A stretch of 64,000 nucleotides of DNA, from assembly GCA_001600815.1 (NCBI GenBank), contig BCKZ01000019.1, forward strand, positions 311,981 to 375,980. Reading direction: 5' to 3'. Below, piece after piece: positions 22,438 through 35,722 of the stretch; positions within the stretch are counted from its first letter, which is position 1, and each line of letters begins with the position of its first letter. Both the position numbers and the translations under genes were made by a program. The notes below the pieces were generated by a model. It had not been told where the DNA came from and made no database searches. It saw only the letters and a list, made by a program, of their open reading frames with translations. Source of the stretch: Alloascoidea hylecoeti. Its lineage: Eukaryota.

Positions 22438-25400
22438 CGTTTGAATTTCAAATTTGGAAAAATTGGCTATTTCTGAAAAAGAGGATTCACTTTATATTTA
22501 TACCCCCAGGTATCTATTATAATAGAATGAAGAAATAAGGATAGAGGTTGCCAATCACTGCTGGCGATGCGTGCTATGCACCCTGCAAATGTGCATATAC
22601 ATATTAAGAACTGCAATTTTCATCCGTATGCAGAATGCATGAGACATCTGCTATTCGGACCGGGGGTATAACCTCCTTACACTCGTATACTCTTTTGATG
22701 TAAATTTTATCTTATACCAGTCCTGGTTATTCAAGTAATTATTTATTATAACGGAAAAGCAGTAATTCTAGACTAAAACTACTAGTTTACCAAGATATGA
22801 TTTGTTTTATTTATTGATTATCGTATATATAATTAAATAAATTTTTTTTATTAAGCTTGCCTCGTTATAATTACAATGGGAAAGTGTGTGAATAATGGTA
22901 TTATCCTACATATATGTAATAGCTCTCTCTCAAAATACCAAAGATTATATATCTGCTTCTATAACCACATTCCATACTGATTCATGACGTTATCGATAAA
23001 CCTAATTACAAAAATATATCTAAAACTAAAACTGAGTCGTTGTATACCTTTCTGGAGCTTGCAATTGGATTATATATCCTATAGCTGATTATGTGTATGA
23101 CGTTTTTGTTCATTATTGGTAGCTACACATAAATGTATGTCTCATTTTACATAACTACACCTACAATCCCCAGTTTTCAATAATTAGACTATTGCTACAG
23201 TTAACAACAACCGTTTAATACGAACATATGTAAGAGAACACCCATAACTACGGAGTTGAGAATGTTGGATTCAATATATATACGCGTAGTGACTATAAAC
23301 TATCACAGCAGTGTTAGAAAAGGAATATGAGTGGAATAAAGTGATTGGTGATCATCTTTGAAAGAATATATAACGATATTGATATTGGAACTAAGCAAAC
23401 ATGGCCATAGAATCTAGTGGTTATAAGGTAAAAATAGTAATAGCCGCGAGGACATAATTAAACGGGTACTCATCCTATCTAAGACACAGGAAAATCTGGT
23501 AATATCCTTCTTTTGGCTGGTATAAGCATTTGGCGACGTTCAGCGGATATGATTTTCAGAACTCGCAGTTGTTACAGAACTTTCCCCATATATTCTATAG
23601 TAAGAAGGGTTTGAATTCTGTAGACGGTAAACGTAATTGACAACTTTGTCAAATATGTTGCTAATACACACGTTTTAAAAAGTAATGTCGTTATTGCATC
23701 TACATAGCTACAATATAAGATACAGATATATAACTACTTTTCTTAAATTTCAATTGACCCCTCAATTTACACATCTATGACGATTCAAATATTTATTAAT
23801 AGTACCAATATATAATTATCAGTTTATTAATACAAGTATTCAAAATATATTCGGTAACTTTTGAATGGCTATATCATAATTATAAGCTGCTGCTTTGGTA
23901 TTCTAGATTGGTGACCGTGAATGGATCTGTTCATCTAATCCTCCAATATCTCGCTCATTTTGTTAAAGAGTGTATCCAGTACTTTATCTCTTCTCAATAC
24001 AGTTGGAGACTCTCCTCAACAACTTCTCTTTAACCTTCTGATATATCTTTGAAGATTCTAGTGATTCCTCCTCTGCAATATATCTCATCAGAATTAAAAA
24101 ATCATCGGAGTCAAAGATTCCTAAAGCATAGGTGTTGGAAGAAATAGCCTTAAGCTTAATTCTTCCCTTTCAAAACCTATTATGTCAATGGAGAGTCCCA
24201 GATGATCATTTTTGCTTCAAACTGAATATATAAAGACAGATTAGTGAGATATGTTTGTACATCCAATTATAACTCATTCAAGACAATATACAAGTGTAAT
24301 TGTTCCTCGGTTATTAAATTGCTTTAAATGTTTATATTAATGAATGGAATTATTAAAAGAATACCATAAACTCCCTCTATAGCTTCCTATTGTTTTTCTT
24401 TTGGCTTTTAATTACAATTGTATTTAATTGAATCTGAGATACCACCATAGTTAGATAAGCGTCTAATTTTCTGTATCCAGTATCTCCAGTCCGTAATAAT
24501 TGAATATATATTTGCTATTTCATTAGTACATGTATTTATATATATATATATGTCTTAGTAGCTCATTTAATTAAACGTTATAATTAAATTGTATACATCT
24601 CAAAGTTAGCCTAGATCTTATATCACTCAAAATTTGATTTATATTCATATAAACTTTATGATAAGTAATGTTTGGTTTCATTTTCATCTCAGTTGTACAT
24701 AAATATCAATATTAATCACATTAATCAGATAATATATGTGCCATGATATACCTAAATCTAGATCAACTCTTAAAAATAAACATTCTTATCATAAATTAGA
24801 ATAGAATGGAATTGCAACTGGTTTCTTTTGTATATTTTTCCTTATTTGTAGTGGATACCCATCAACCCATTGTTCTAGAGTTTGCTCATGAATTATATTA
24901 ATTAGCTATAAACGTTAATTTCGGGGTCAAATTTGGATGGCCTTGATCTATATCACGATATGTAAGTCATAGTGACTCCATTTTCCCCGGGGAAGTATGC
25001 TATATCGCACACTATTAATTAGATGTACAATATAACTAAATTTAGATTATTGAAATTGAAATGGATGACCATTATTGTACAATAAATATCGCTTATTTGA
25101 CTTGATTAATATAATATAATGTTTATGAACTTATGCTTAGAGCCAAAAAAGCTTATTCCTTCGAATTAATATTCCTAAACACGATCGTATTTTTTTAACA
25201 AACGTAAATTTACAATTTTAACGTTACATTAATAATGCTGAGATTATTGAAATTACCAAAATGAGAAAAACAGAATAGAGTTTTTTCAAAATTATAGACA
25301 GAATTCGTATAATTATCTAGGATTGATGATCATCAACAAATTAATTTTTTAAATAATGGCTTGCAGGAAGTATGATGTTTTGAGTTCAAAATGATTCATA

Positions 25401-27251
25401 TATCTGAGTATTGAGTTATTATTGTCGATTGTTATTGTATTTATTATAAATATGAAATTATACTATAAGATATGTATACTCCGGATACGGATTCATCGTC
25501 ATGATCGTATACTTTATCCATGTTTTCTTCATGTTTGGCAAAAAATGCCTAAATATATATACAACTGCCATAGCTGGAGATTAAATCCTGCTATCCATGG
25601 TACGCAGTTACGTGGCTATGTCATTGACAGCAACAGTAATTCACAATACTAAGTTTTATAATTAATAATTCAGGTTGTGGATCCGTTTATGTATATGCAC
25701 GTGACAAAGGCATTGCATGAAAATTTAATTATAACTCTTAAGAATCTTATAGTTAATCTGGATCCACAATATTTATAAAAGTATTTATATCATTCCTCAT
25801 TTTTATCTATGAATTTAAAAGGCTTAAATCTATAGTCTCATACAACTACTTGAAAAGAGCCTAAAGGCACAAATACAGATACAGAGCTCCAGCATGATCA
25901 TGATCATGGCCACGTAAGAAATTTTTTAATAAAAAGAAGAATGATCATCTTTTATAAAAAATTTTATATATATAATTACTTATGGCTTATGATTTTATCC
26001 ATACAATATCAATATACGAGTTATAATTGCTACTATTACCTAATTGAGTTCAAAAATTAATTCATGTTTTATGTATTATATAACGTAGATCATACAACGT
26101 TATAAACTTATACTTGTTTAGAATGTTTATATATATGATTATTATGATATGACTATTACTTGAAGATTCAGCTACTGAAATATTTTTGTATGAATGAATA
26201 TATAATAATGATCACTAAAATTATCATATATATTCCGTTTGAAATGCCAATTATACGCTTAAGCAATGATCATGAGATATATTATATTTATATACAAACA
26301 AACCCCGTTTGTACAAAAGATTCATGAGTATATACTTTTTTATTTATTTTATTTTCTTTCTTATTATACCCTAATTGAGATTTCAATTACGGCTTTATTT
26401 AAGCTTAAACAGCTGCAATTCCATGATCATGAGATTGTTAGAACACCATTAAAATATCATCTTAAACGATCACAAAAGAGACTCTTATTCATTCTATTTT
26501 CTTTTTTCAAGTTAACGCCTAGGCTTGTAGTTGATAATATTTCATAATATATTTTTCAATGTGACGAAAATTGATAAAAATGGCCTTTGTTGGAACAACG
26601 CCAATAACGAATTCGGAAATATTATTTTCCTAAAATAGTTACTTAAAAGATCATGTCAAAAATAAACATTAACGCATGAAGAAATATAAATATTATTAGA
26701 AAACATCATAATGCTCATAATATGTAGTATTTAACATTACAATGTATAATGATAATTTTCATCTTATCTAGACTATAATTAACTAGAAAATCTCACGTAT
26801 AATATATTGTAAGAAAAGGAAAAGAAGGTTACAATTATTTGGCCAACCCATAATTGACGTTTATCGTTGTTTTTTTAACTATAGTTAAGTTAGTTTTTAA
26901 TTTATAAGCTTATACTTTCCATATTCTTTTTCTTTTTTCCAAATATATATATTGAGTTCCAATTTTAATAAATTGATATATAGATTTAGAACCTTAATAG
27001 GAGCCGTAAAACACCATTAAAAAACTCATATAGTTTATTTATTATTTATAGTATATAATGCAACTCAAGTTTAATTCATTTTCAATTCTGACTATCTAGA
27101 TCTAACATTTATAGCTATATTAATTACAATCCAGTCGAAATTCAGCTAGATTCAATTATCCCAATTTTATATATTTATATTTTCATCCTTTTAAACACTT
27201 TCAATCAGATAATTGCAGTAACATCTTTTATGTTGATATATAATTCTTCAA

Positions 27252-28562
27252 TCATGATGGATATGAATAATTTTGATAACTTGGTTGAAATCCACTTTCA
27301 TTACTGATAGAAAGATTATTATTATTTGTATTTCCAAGCGGGTTCACATATGTGCTTTCAACTGTAGTAGCTTCGGTGGTGTTTCTTGTATAAGGATATG
27401 TGAAATTACTATGGTTATGATTTTGTAATCCTAAAAGTGAACTTATGCTTGAACCAGATAATTGTTGATGATTTGTGTTTGATCCCAGTGTGTTCATTGC
27501 TGCTGCTGTTGAAAGTACTGATGATGATATTGGTGAATACGTTGTTGTTGGATTCTGAATATTATTTATTGATGAATCTGTTATATCATTTAACTGTGGT
27601 GCAAAAAAAAACGGATTACTAGCTGAAATTGAACTTGGACGTGTAATTGAAGTTGCCGCTGAAGGATTTACATTCGGTATCGTATAATTATTATTATATG
27701 ATAGCGATGATTGACTTGTAGAAAATAGAGGTGAAGACGCTGGATAATTACTGGTGTTATAAATATTATATTCTCGTTGATCTGCAGCCGGAGGTATTGA
27801 TTGCATCTGAATACCCGAACCTGTTATCGAAGAAGAAAGCGGTTCATGACCATCTGAATGTAAATGTGATAATGGATTTGAGATTAAATTTGAAATAGAA
27901 TTGGAAGAACGATCATTTGAGTTTGAACTAATCATAGAACTTGAATAGCCAGCCGGGGCTAAATTAGACATGTACGAAGTATTTTTCGGATTAAATCCTA
28001 CTAAATTTGATTGTGGCGATATATCACCATAGCTACTATAGTTTTGGTATATCTTATAACCATCATTAGTTACATCTCCATGTTGATTAGTTTCAGCAGG
28101 TATTTCAGGGCCGTACAATCTTCTATATTCTTGCTCTCTTCGTTGTCGTGCTGCTTCAAGTGAATTTCTCTTCTTTTGTTCTTTCCATCTTTTTCTAAGA
28201 TCTTTATATTGCTCAGGTCTTCTTCTTCCACCGTGGTTTTGTGTAAGAACGTGGGCGTTTAGATGATTAAGAGTACCATATGCCTTCAGACATCCTCTAT
28301 AATGGCATATATATATTCTTTCAATCTCACTGAATTTCCGTCGTGGTCTCTTTCTGCGCCTGTGGCCACTTTCTTCTGGTGGTTCTGAATCTGATTGTTG
28401 GCTGTTCAATCCCATCAAGTATCCGTTATCTGGATTCATAGATCTATTTGAGTACGCATGCAATTCTTCTGTTTCGCGCTCATTGGGATCTGACTGCGTT
28501 TGAAATTGTATACTAGGTACACCGATAGGTAATGATGGATTGGGAGCACCATTATTGCTCAT
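27252..28562 (-). CDS. CON7: Con7/Vta2-type single C2H2 zinc-finger transcription factor
   Basis: RKRPRRKFSEIERIYICHYRGCLKAYGTLNHLNAHVLTQNHG...RKRWKEQKK matches the Con7 family. First ATG is 28562 (the ORF track starts at a TTG); an upstream exon via TAG at 28590-28592 cannot be excluded. Confidence 0.85.
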   Translation of the reverse strand: MSNNGAPNPSLPIGVPSIQFQTQSDPNERETEELHAYSNRSMNPDNGYLMGLNSQQSDSEPPEESGHRRRKRPRRKFSEIERIYICHYRGCLKAYGTLNHLNAHVLTQNHGGRRRPEQYKDLRKRWKEQKKRNSLEAARQRREQEYRRLYGPEIPAETNQHGDVTNDGYKIYQNYSSYGDISPQSNLVGFNPKNTSYMSNLAPAGYSSSMISSNSNDRSSNSISNLISNPLSHLHSDGHEPLSSSITGSGIQMQSIPPAADQREYNIYNTSNYPASSPLFSTSQSSLSYNNNYTIPNVNPSAATSITRPSSISASNPFFFAPQLNDITDSSINNIQNPTTTYSPISSSVLSTAAAMNTLGSNTNHQQLSGSSISSLLGLQNHNHSNFTYPYTRNTTEATTVESTYVNPLGNTNNNNLSISNESGFQPSYQNYSYPS

Positions 28563-31275
28563 ATTTTTCTTCGGTAGCAAATTCGAACTCTAAAATGATG
28601 AACGATATGTGGTGTGAAGAGTATGGTTGATCGAGAAGAGTGTTGAGAGTAGCACCACCAAATCTATATTTTTTAAAACGAGTGAGGTAAAAAATACTAA
28701 AAAATTATTATTAATTTATTATTTTTAGATAAGGAAGGTGATTTATATATATATGTTTTTATTATTAAAAATAAAAATGCCACTATTTGTATCATTAAAA
28801 ATACATTGGAAAAACTCCGTATTTTAAAATTCAGTGAAGTAAAAAAGCCGATGGTACTCTATTGGAAAATCAGATAGTTAAAATACGGGCTTCTCACCTT
28901 AAATCAACAGAAAAACAAAATTAGAGATACGTAACCCAAAGTTAGGATAATAAGCTCTCGAGAATGTAGTCCTAAGTCCACTTTAAGAAAAAAAGGTGCT
29001 TACAGATTACTAACTCTAAACACGTCAAAACTTGTGTTACATAGTAAATAAATGCAATTATATATTATGATTGTATAATATAAATGTATTTAACTTTTAA
29101 AGCACAACAAAATCATTATTCTCTACCAGATCTTAGTGCTATTTTTCGGTCTTCCCCTAAAGGCTCATATATCCTCTTTACAGTAGATTTATTAAGCACT
29201 CAGTATGTCTTAAATTGGAATTGTTGGTTGGTTGGTTGGTTTATGTTATTATTATTTTCTTTCTCATTCAGACTTACCTTCGAAGAATTATATCTCATCT
29301 TTGGCCTGTTGCATTCGTGTAAGTGCAATTACGAAAACCTTACAGTTACAAACAATAATATCAAGACACAATTTATTAGCAATAATCTGAAAATGTAAAA
29401 AATGGAGAATTTCCTGAAAAAACTAAGGTTTTCAAATTGTTTAGTACACTTTATACGTTTTCGTCACTATAATTATAAAGTTTTTGTCCACTCATCTTCT
29501 TCCCCTTTTCCAATCATTGCATAAAGTGATATTCTCCTCACCATATAACTCTCTACGATAAATATGATGCAATCTCTATAGCCATTTGAAAACTGTAGCT
29601 TACCATGACTATTATATTTATTTAGATATTTCTATTTAATGTTTAATATTCTTGTAATCTTTAAATTATTATTTTATTATATTTATTTTGCGTGGTAAAG
29701 TTTTGCAGAATTTAAACTATTTTATGATTGTTTGGGTTGTGAATCTAGATTGCTACAATTTTATAATTGGATAACAATTTGTTAACAATCGTTGTAGAGT
29801 ATTAATATCTACACCCCTATATTATACATATAATCACTTATTAATATATTAGCATATTTCATTATATTTGTTAGAGAGTGATTATAAATCTTACACTCTA
29901 GACTTGGAGTGCAAATAGGAAATATTTGAGCTGTATGCATATGCACTATATATGTTAAAAAACTCTGTAATTGCCTGCACAAGTTATGGTACCGCTTCTT
30001 ATCTATGTTCTAGTTATGTAAAAAACAAATCCAGTAAGTGGTTAATAAAGCAGTAAATTATATACCAAAGATGACGATTGAGGACATATATTTGAAATCA
30101 ATTGCAAATGAATATAATTTATAATAAAATATAAGGTTCTCATTATTTGCTGAAGTTAAGAGCAACAGCAGCGGACAACATCTACATCAATATTGTATAC
30201 TCCCTTAAAAACTTGAGACTCTTCATGCAATATCGGGAGTGATTCGGCAACATTAGATGAAGTCTATATCTTAATTGTATCCTTCAATGCTAGATATGAT
30301 ACACAATTGAGCTATTAAATTGACTACAGAAAATTATCTAAGACATTCGGATACATTGCTTAGAATATACTATAAATGTTATTTAATTAAAGCCGATTTT
30401 TTATCTTATAATTTCCTATTATGTTTCTGATTAAGCTTTTAGTTAGCATCTTTCAAAATAATAGTACTAATGTTGCTTGGAAATCGATACGCGTAATTGA
30501 TCGTATCTGAAGTGATTGTTTTCGTATATAAGAATGAATTGTAATTCTTTCAGATTTATGCTTATATTAATTACTTGCTATTGTTCACCCTTCACCGAAA
30601 TGTATATGATGGTTTGATGTCCCATTCTGGTTGCAATTGAGAGCGTTGTAGGTTTACAACTTTACATGTGTATTGCAATTGGCATTAGTAATGTGATTTG
30701 CTACATCGAAACAAATACCAAATCCATTAGTGATATATCATATATCATCACAACTTAAGGTTGCATCTATAATTAGAGATAAATCTGCCATGACATAGTA
30801 TTAGTTGTTCTACTTTTCTTTATTTGAAAATACTTTTTACTTAACAATAAATCCTTGCTATACCATATATTATTTTGCAATCTAGAAAATATTAGCAAGA
30901 AATCCAACCAAAGTGATTATATTTATACAACCTAAAGATAATTGTAATATAGAAAAGAAAGAGAAGTATATGTTACATAAGGCATCGACTTGCGATCGAT
31001 CATATTATAATTATTCCAAGTAGTATCATCTATAGAAAATATAAGTACCTTATAGATTTGGAAGCGCTTTAAACCTAATTTTCAAGCTCAGTCATCCTCA
31101 AAACCATTGTTTATTATGTGAATTAATTTCTACAATTGTATCATAGATACTTACTCACAACGCTGTTTTTCTTTAATTCTAATAATTAAGAATTATTTGG
31201 CATTGATGCCAGACCCACATAGTACATCCTACATACCACCACTGGAATCCTGACACTAAAGTTACACGGCCGACG

Positions 31276-31320
31276 CTAAATATTTTGCCGCCACTAAATA
31301 TTTTGCCGCCACTAAATATT
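31276..31320. repeat. 18-bp tandem repeat (CTAAATATTTTGCCGCCA) x2.5
   Basis: Read directly. Confidence 0.9.
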
Positions 31321-31843
31321 AGTTCCCGAAACCTACGGATAGCTTCCGATATATCTTATTGATTTTCTAGACTAATATATAAACAATAAGATCTTCACAA
31401 CTCAATTGAGATGTCAATGACTGTAACAGAACTGTATACACTTTGCCCACCCGAAAAAATGAAGTTTTGTGGGCAGGCTGTGTAAGCCACAAGCATTATA
31501 ATCAGCTAGCCAAAAATGTCGGGGAACTGAAAGTCATGTACTTAAAATCCATTATTCTATATCTATGCATAGTTCTATGGTAACATGGTTTCTTCTAGCG
31601 TAAAAAAGGACCGCAAATTAAATTTTGATTTAGAAGTCTAAATTTTGGAGCTGAGGGAGGTGGTCCTGTAGTAAGTACAGATAGTAGTCTTAAGCTTGGT
31701 TGTGCCAATAAAATTAGAAATGACTTTTCCCATAAGTTTCCCATTAGTGTTATAAACTCGGCTCTAATAAGATCTAACGAACAGGCCGTAATAACATGGT
31801 TCACGTGGCATATGTTGTTTGCAATTGTTGGTTTCCTAATTGT

Positions 31844-32421
31844 GCTTTAAATATATACACTATTTTCACTGTGAGTTCGGTATGTTAGAGGGTAACATTC
31901 GGTGAGTTCGTGTACATTGTTTCGGCACGTGGAAGATTAAGTTTTCGTTGGTAGGGCTGCAAATATTTTAGTACATTGTTCTATTAATTTTGTTATTCAT
32001 TTGGCATATAAGTTAGTGATTTTGGAAACGGTTAATTAGTCATCTTCTAATATGCACTGCAACCAGTTATGCACAACTGTTGGAACGTGTTTCTACTTAT
32101 TCTTGGCCACATTTGTGCATAAAATTATCAAAGAGACTGTGCCGAGCCAATCCCGCCAAAAAGCCATGACTTCTGGACAGAGGTGACTGATCAAGAGTGC
32201 AAAATGACCGCCTGCATATTAGAAACTGGCAAATTAACCATCTCTAAAATCACTAACTTATATGCCAAATGAAAGACGAAATAAATAGCAGCATACTACC
32301 AAAATATCTGTCACCCCACCAACTAACATTTAGCTAATGTTGTGCCAAAATAACGCATATAAGTGCACCGAATACTATCCTCTGGCATACCGAGCTCATA
32401 GTGAAAATAGTGTATTAAAGC
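31844..32421. mobile_element. Fold-back / long-TIR non-autonomous element (about 200-bp imperfect inverted arms)
   Basis: About 31844-32046 is the diverged reverse complement of about 32213-32421, e.g. ATACACTATTTTCACT and TTCATTTGGCATATAAGTTAGTGATTTT. Inner inverted repeat TTATGCACAA/TTGTGCATAA. Confidence 0.75.
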
Positions 32422-33108
32422 CAGCTTGTTTTGTGTGTGACAGCCTGTGTGGAAAATGGATGGTACATGACAACACGTGTGTCCCATTTTCATCATATTT
32501 ATTAATCTTTATAACAACAGAATTTACGGCGCTGTAAAGGGATTGTCAATAGAGTATAATGGCTTAAAATAAATCAATACTATCACTGATCATGATGATC
32601 AATAACACGATATCGGTAATATGATTTGCTTGTTTTTACTTGGATTCATATTTAAATCTGCTCGTATTTTAGTAATTAAACATATTCATAATATTCGTTT
32701 GACTGAGTTTCATCTAAAAACCTCCATCTAAATATATTCACTTGGAATTGATTTGATTGTTTTATAATTAATTACCAATTGGCAATTGAAATACATATGC
32801 ACTTTTACAGGAATTGTTTTTCTACTCTCCCAGATTTAATTTGTTACTTATAATTATAACAAAAGGTATATAACCTTACTTTTTTTCTGTTTTACATTAA
32901 TGATTTTTATATTTAGATATATACGTTGCAAGATTAATATACGATAAAGTATATTGTATTCTGTTCGATTAACGCCATATAAATAAATGAATGAATAAAT
33001 AAATAAAAAAGATTCCAATAATCATTAGCCATTAATTTTTCCCTTGGTTCATGTTGTCATAGTATATTTATTGTGTAAGTTTTATTTTGTTAAGGTATGC
33101 ATGTTATC

Positions 33109-33921
33109 TTAGTTATCTTGAACAGATTGTAAAATTCTTAAAATATATAAGAATAAATTAATGATATCAAGATATAAAGAAATAGTAGCCGCAATTTCCT
33201 CTTCGGGATGGTATTTATTCATTATCATTTGTGTATCAACCATAATATATAATGAGAAAATAACAGCGCCACCAATACTATAAATTAATTCCATACCACT
33301 TGAAAAAGGAATGATGAGAGAAACAAATCCAACACCTAATAAACCACAGAGGGCCCCAAATAAGTAGCCATATAAACCGGTTAAATCATATTTTGTTTGA
33401 AATGCAAAAAGTGACATTCCTGCAAAGATAATTGCAGTAAGTAAAACAGCTTCTAAAACAATCCGAGTATCAGAAAGTGAAGAAATAACACCAAGAGCAT
33501 AACTTTCAGATAATGTAAAAAGACCCAAAAAGATTAAATTATTTGGATATGATTTTCTCCAAACTAATGAACAAATCATAAATGCAAGAGAACCAAACAG
33601 TGAAGCAAAAAGTGCCCAAGGATGAGTTATACTCCATTCTCTAATAGTAGGGAAATAAGAAATGATTGAACCGACAGCAACCGTAAGCGCTAATTGGAAG
33701 AATAATAAAGTGTAAACTCTTCGAATGAAAGCATGTCTGATTGATAATTCACATTGTGACACAGAAGTTGAATATTTAAAGTCATCGGGGACTTCATCTT
33801 CGGGATTTCGGTCTGAAAAAAGAGGCTCATCAGAGTAGGGATTTGTGGTTGGTGCCTCATAAATTGGAGGAGGTTGGGAAAAGTTTGAATTTGAAAGGGT
33901 TGGATCTTGTTGTGCAGCCAT
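33109..33921 (-). CDS. BXI1: Bax inhibitor-1 family (TMBIM/LFG) membrane protein
   Basis: VPDDFKYSTSV, IRHAFIRRVYTLL, FAFQTKYD, DTQMIM...EEEIAATISLYLDIINLFLYILRIL; multiple TM helices. Confidence 0.93.
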   Translation of the reverse strand: MAAQQDPTLSNSNFSQPPPIYEAPTTNPYSDEPLFSDRNPEDEVPDDFKYSTSVSQCELSIRHAFIRRVYTLLFFQLALTVAVGSIISYFPTIREWSITHPWALFASLFGSLAFMICSLVWRKSYPNNLIFLGLFTLSESYALGVISSLSDTRIVLEAVLLTAIIFAGMSLFAFQTKYDLTGLYGYLFGALCGLLGVGFVSLIIPFSSGMELIYSIGGAVIFSLYIMVDTQMIMNKYHPEEEIAATISLYLDIINLFLYILRILQSVQDN

Positions 33922-34000
33922 GATAAATGTAGGATATTTCTAAAATAAACACAATTGCGAGGAGTGGCGGAGGTTTAACTCAGATCCCTAGAATATCAGC

Positions 34001-34008
34001 CCGGGTAA
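34001..34008 (+). promoter_or_regulatory. Reb1-type site in the 298-bp divergent BXI1/ALD promoter
   Basis: CCGGGTAA exact consensus. Nearby are GTCACATG (minus, about 34057-34064) and inverted CGGAG-A-CTCCG (about 34117-34127). Confidence 0.4.
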
Positions 34009-34219
34009 CTATGATTGTGTAATAAATCAGTCATGATTATTAATACAGATGATTTGCATGTGACGCGGAAAGACCTGCTCTATTTAGCCGATCTTATCTA
34101 ATAATAAATATACTGACGGAGACTCCGCTTGGAAATACGGTACTAATATAAGATCTTCTTATATAAAAGACAATTGGAAGATTAAAAAACTCTTTGTTCT
34201 CCAGAAAACATAAATAAAT

Positions 34220-35722
34220 ATGACTTTACCTTTATCAATTGAGACTACTTTACCTGACGGTAACAAATATAGTCAACCTACTGGTTTATTCATTAATAAT
34301 GAATTTGTACCTTCTAAAAAAGGTTCAACTTTTGACTCCTTTAATCCTGCAACAGGCGACAAAACATCAACAGTTTATGCCGCTGACTCTGAAGACGTTG
34401 ATATCGCTGTATCGGCTGCAAGAAAAGCATTCAAAACAATTTGGAAAAAAACTTCAGGTACAGATAGAGGGGATCTTCTTTTCAAAATGACTGATTTATT
34501 AATTAAACATAAGGATACTTTAGCAGCTGTTGAGGCATTTGATTCAGGTAAACCAAAAGCTCAAAATGCTTTATTTGACATTGATGAATGTATTCAATGT
34601 TTTAAATATTATGCTGGTTGGGCTGATAAAATTCAAGGTAAAACAATTGAAACAACAAGTGATAAATTAGCATTTACAATTCATGAACCTTATGGTGTTG
34701 TTGGGCAAATCATACCATGGAATTATCCTTTAGCAATGGCTGCTTGGAAAATCGCTCCTGCTATTGCTGCTGGTAATACAATTGTTTTAAAAACAGCTGA
34801 ACAAACTCCATTATCTTTATTAGTTTTTGCTGAATTGGTTGTTAAAGAGTCGGGTATACCAGCTGGTGTTATTAATATTTTATCAGGTTTAGGTAAAGAC
34901 TGTGGAACTCCTTTAGCTATTCATCCTGATGTTGATAAAATTGCATTTACTGGTTCAACAATGACTGGTCGTTTAATTCAAAAATTAGCGTCTGAAAACT
35001 TAAAAGCTGTGACTTTAGAATGTGGGGGTAAATCACCATTAGTTATATTTGAAAATTCAAATTTAGAGCAAGCTGTTAAATGGTCAGCTATTGGTATAAT
35101 GTCAAATAGTGGTCAAATTTGTACTGCCACTTCTCGTATTTATGTGGAAGAAACAGTTTATGAAAAATTCTTACAAGACTTAAAAAAGCATGTTCTTGAA
35201 GAATATAAACAAGGTGATCCTTTTAATGATGATGTTGTTGTTGGTCCTCAAGTAAATTCAGTTCAACAGGAACGGGTTTTAAGTTATATAGAAAAGGGTA
35301 AAAAAGAAGGCGCGCGATTGATTTTGGGTGGAAAAGTACCTGAAAATAGTAAAGGTTATTATATTGAACCTACAATTTTTGCAGATGTTTCTGAAGATAT
35401 GACAATCATGAGGGAAGAAATATTTGGACCTGTTGTTTCAATTTCATCTTTTAAAACAGAAGAAGAAGCATTGGAAAAGGCAAATAATACAATCTATGGT
35501 CTTGGTGCGGCTATTTTTCAGAATGATATCACCAAGGCAATTAACATGGCTAAGGAAATTGAAGCAGGAATGGTCTGGATCAATTCAAGTAATGATAGTG
35601 ATATACGAGTTCCATTTGGTGGCGTTAAGATGAGTGGATTTGGAAGGGAGTTAGGTGAATATGGTATTGAAACTTATACCCAATCAAAAGCAATTCATGT
35701 CAATCTTGGAACAATTGTATAA
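34220..35722 (+). CDS. Cytosolic NAD(P)-dependent aldehyde dehydrogenase (Ald2/Ald3-like)
   Basis: QIIPWNYP, FTGST, TLECGGKSP, SGQICTATSR, EEIFGPV, PFGGVKMSGFGRELG; no mitochondrial presequence. Confidence 0.93.
   Translation: MTLPLSIETTLPDGNKYSQPTGLFINNEFVPSKKGSTFDSFNPATGDKTSTVYAADSEDVDIAVSAARKAFKTIWKKTSGTDRGDLLFKMTDLLIKHKDTLAAVEAFDSGKPKAQNALFDIDECIQCFKYYAGWADKIQGKTIETTSDKLAFTIHEPYGVVGQIIPWNYPLAMAAWKIAPAIAAGNTIVLKTAEQTPLSLLVFAELVVKESGIPAGVINILSGLGKDCGTPLAIHPDVDKIAFTGSTMTGRLIQKLASENLKAVTLECGGKSPLVIFENSNLEQAVKWSAIGIMSNSGQICTATSRIYVEETVYEKFLQDLKKHVLEEYKQGDPFNDDVVVGPQVNSVQQERVLSYIEKGKKEGARLILGGKVPENSKGYYIEPTIFADVSEDMTIMREEIFGPVVSISSFKTEEEALEKANNTIYGLGAAIFQNDITKAINMAKEIEAGMVWINSSNDSDIRVPFGGVKMSGFGRELGEYGIETYTQSKAIHVNLGTIV

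Noticed and set aside
31276..31320. CRISPR-like or telomeric array
   Set aside because: Head-to-tail repeats with no spacers, only 2.5 copies, eukaryotic interstitial context. The same applies to 55875, 57255 and 61586.
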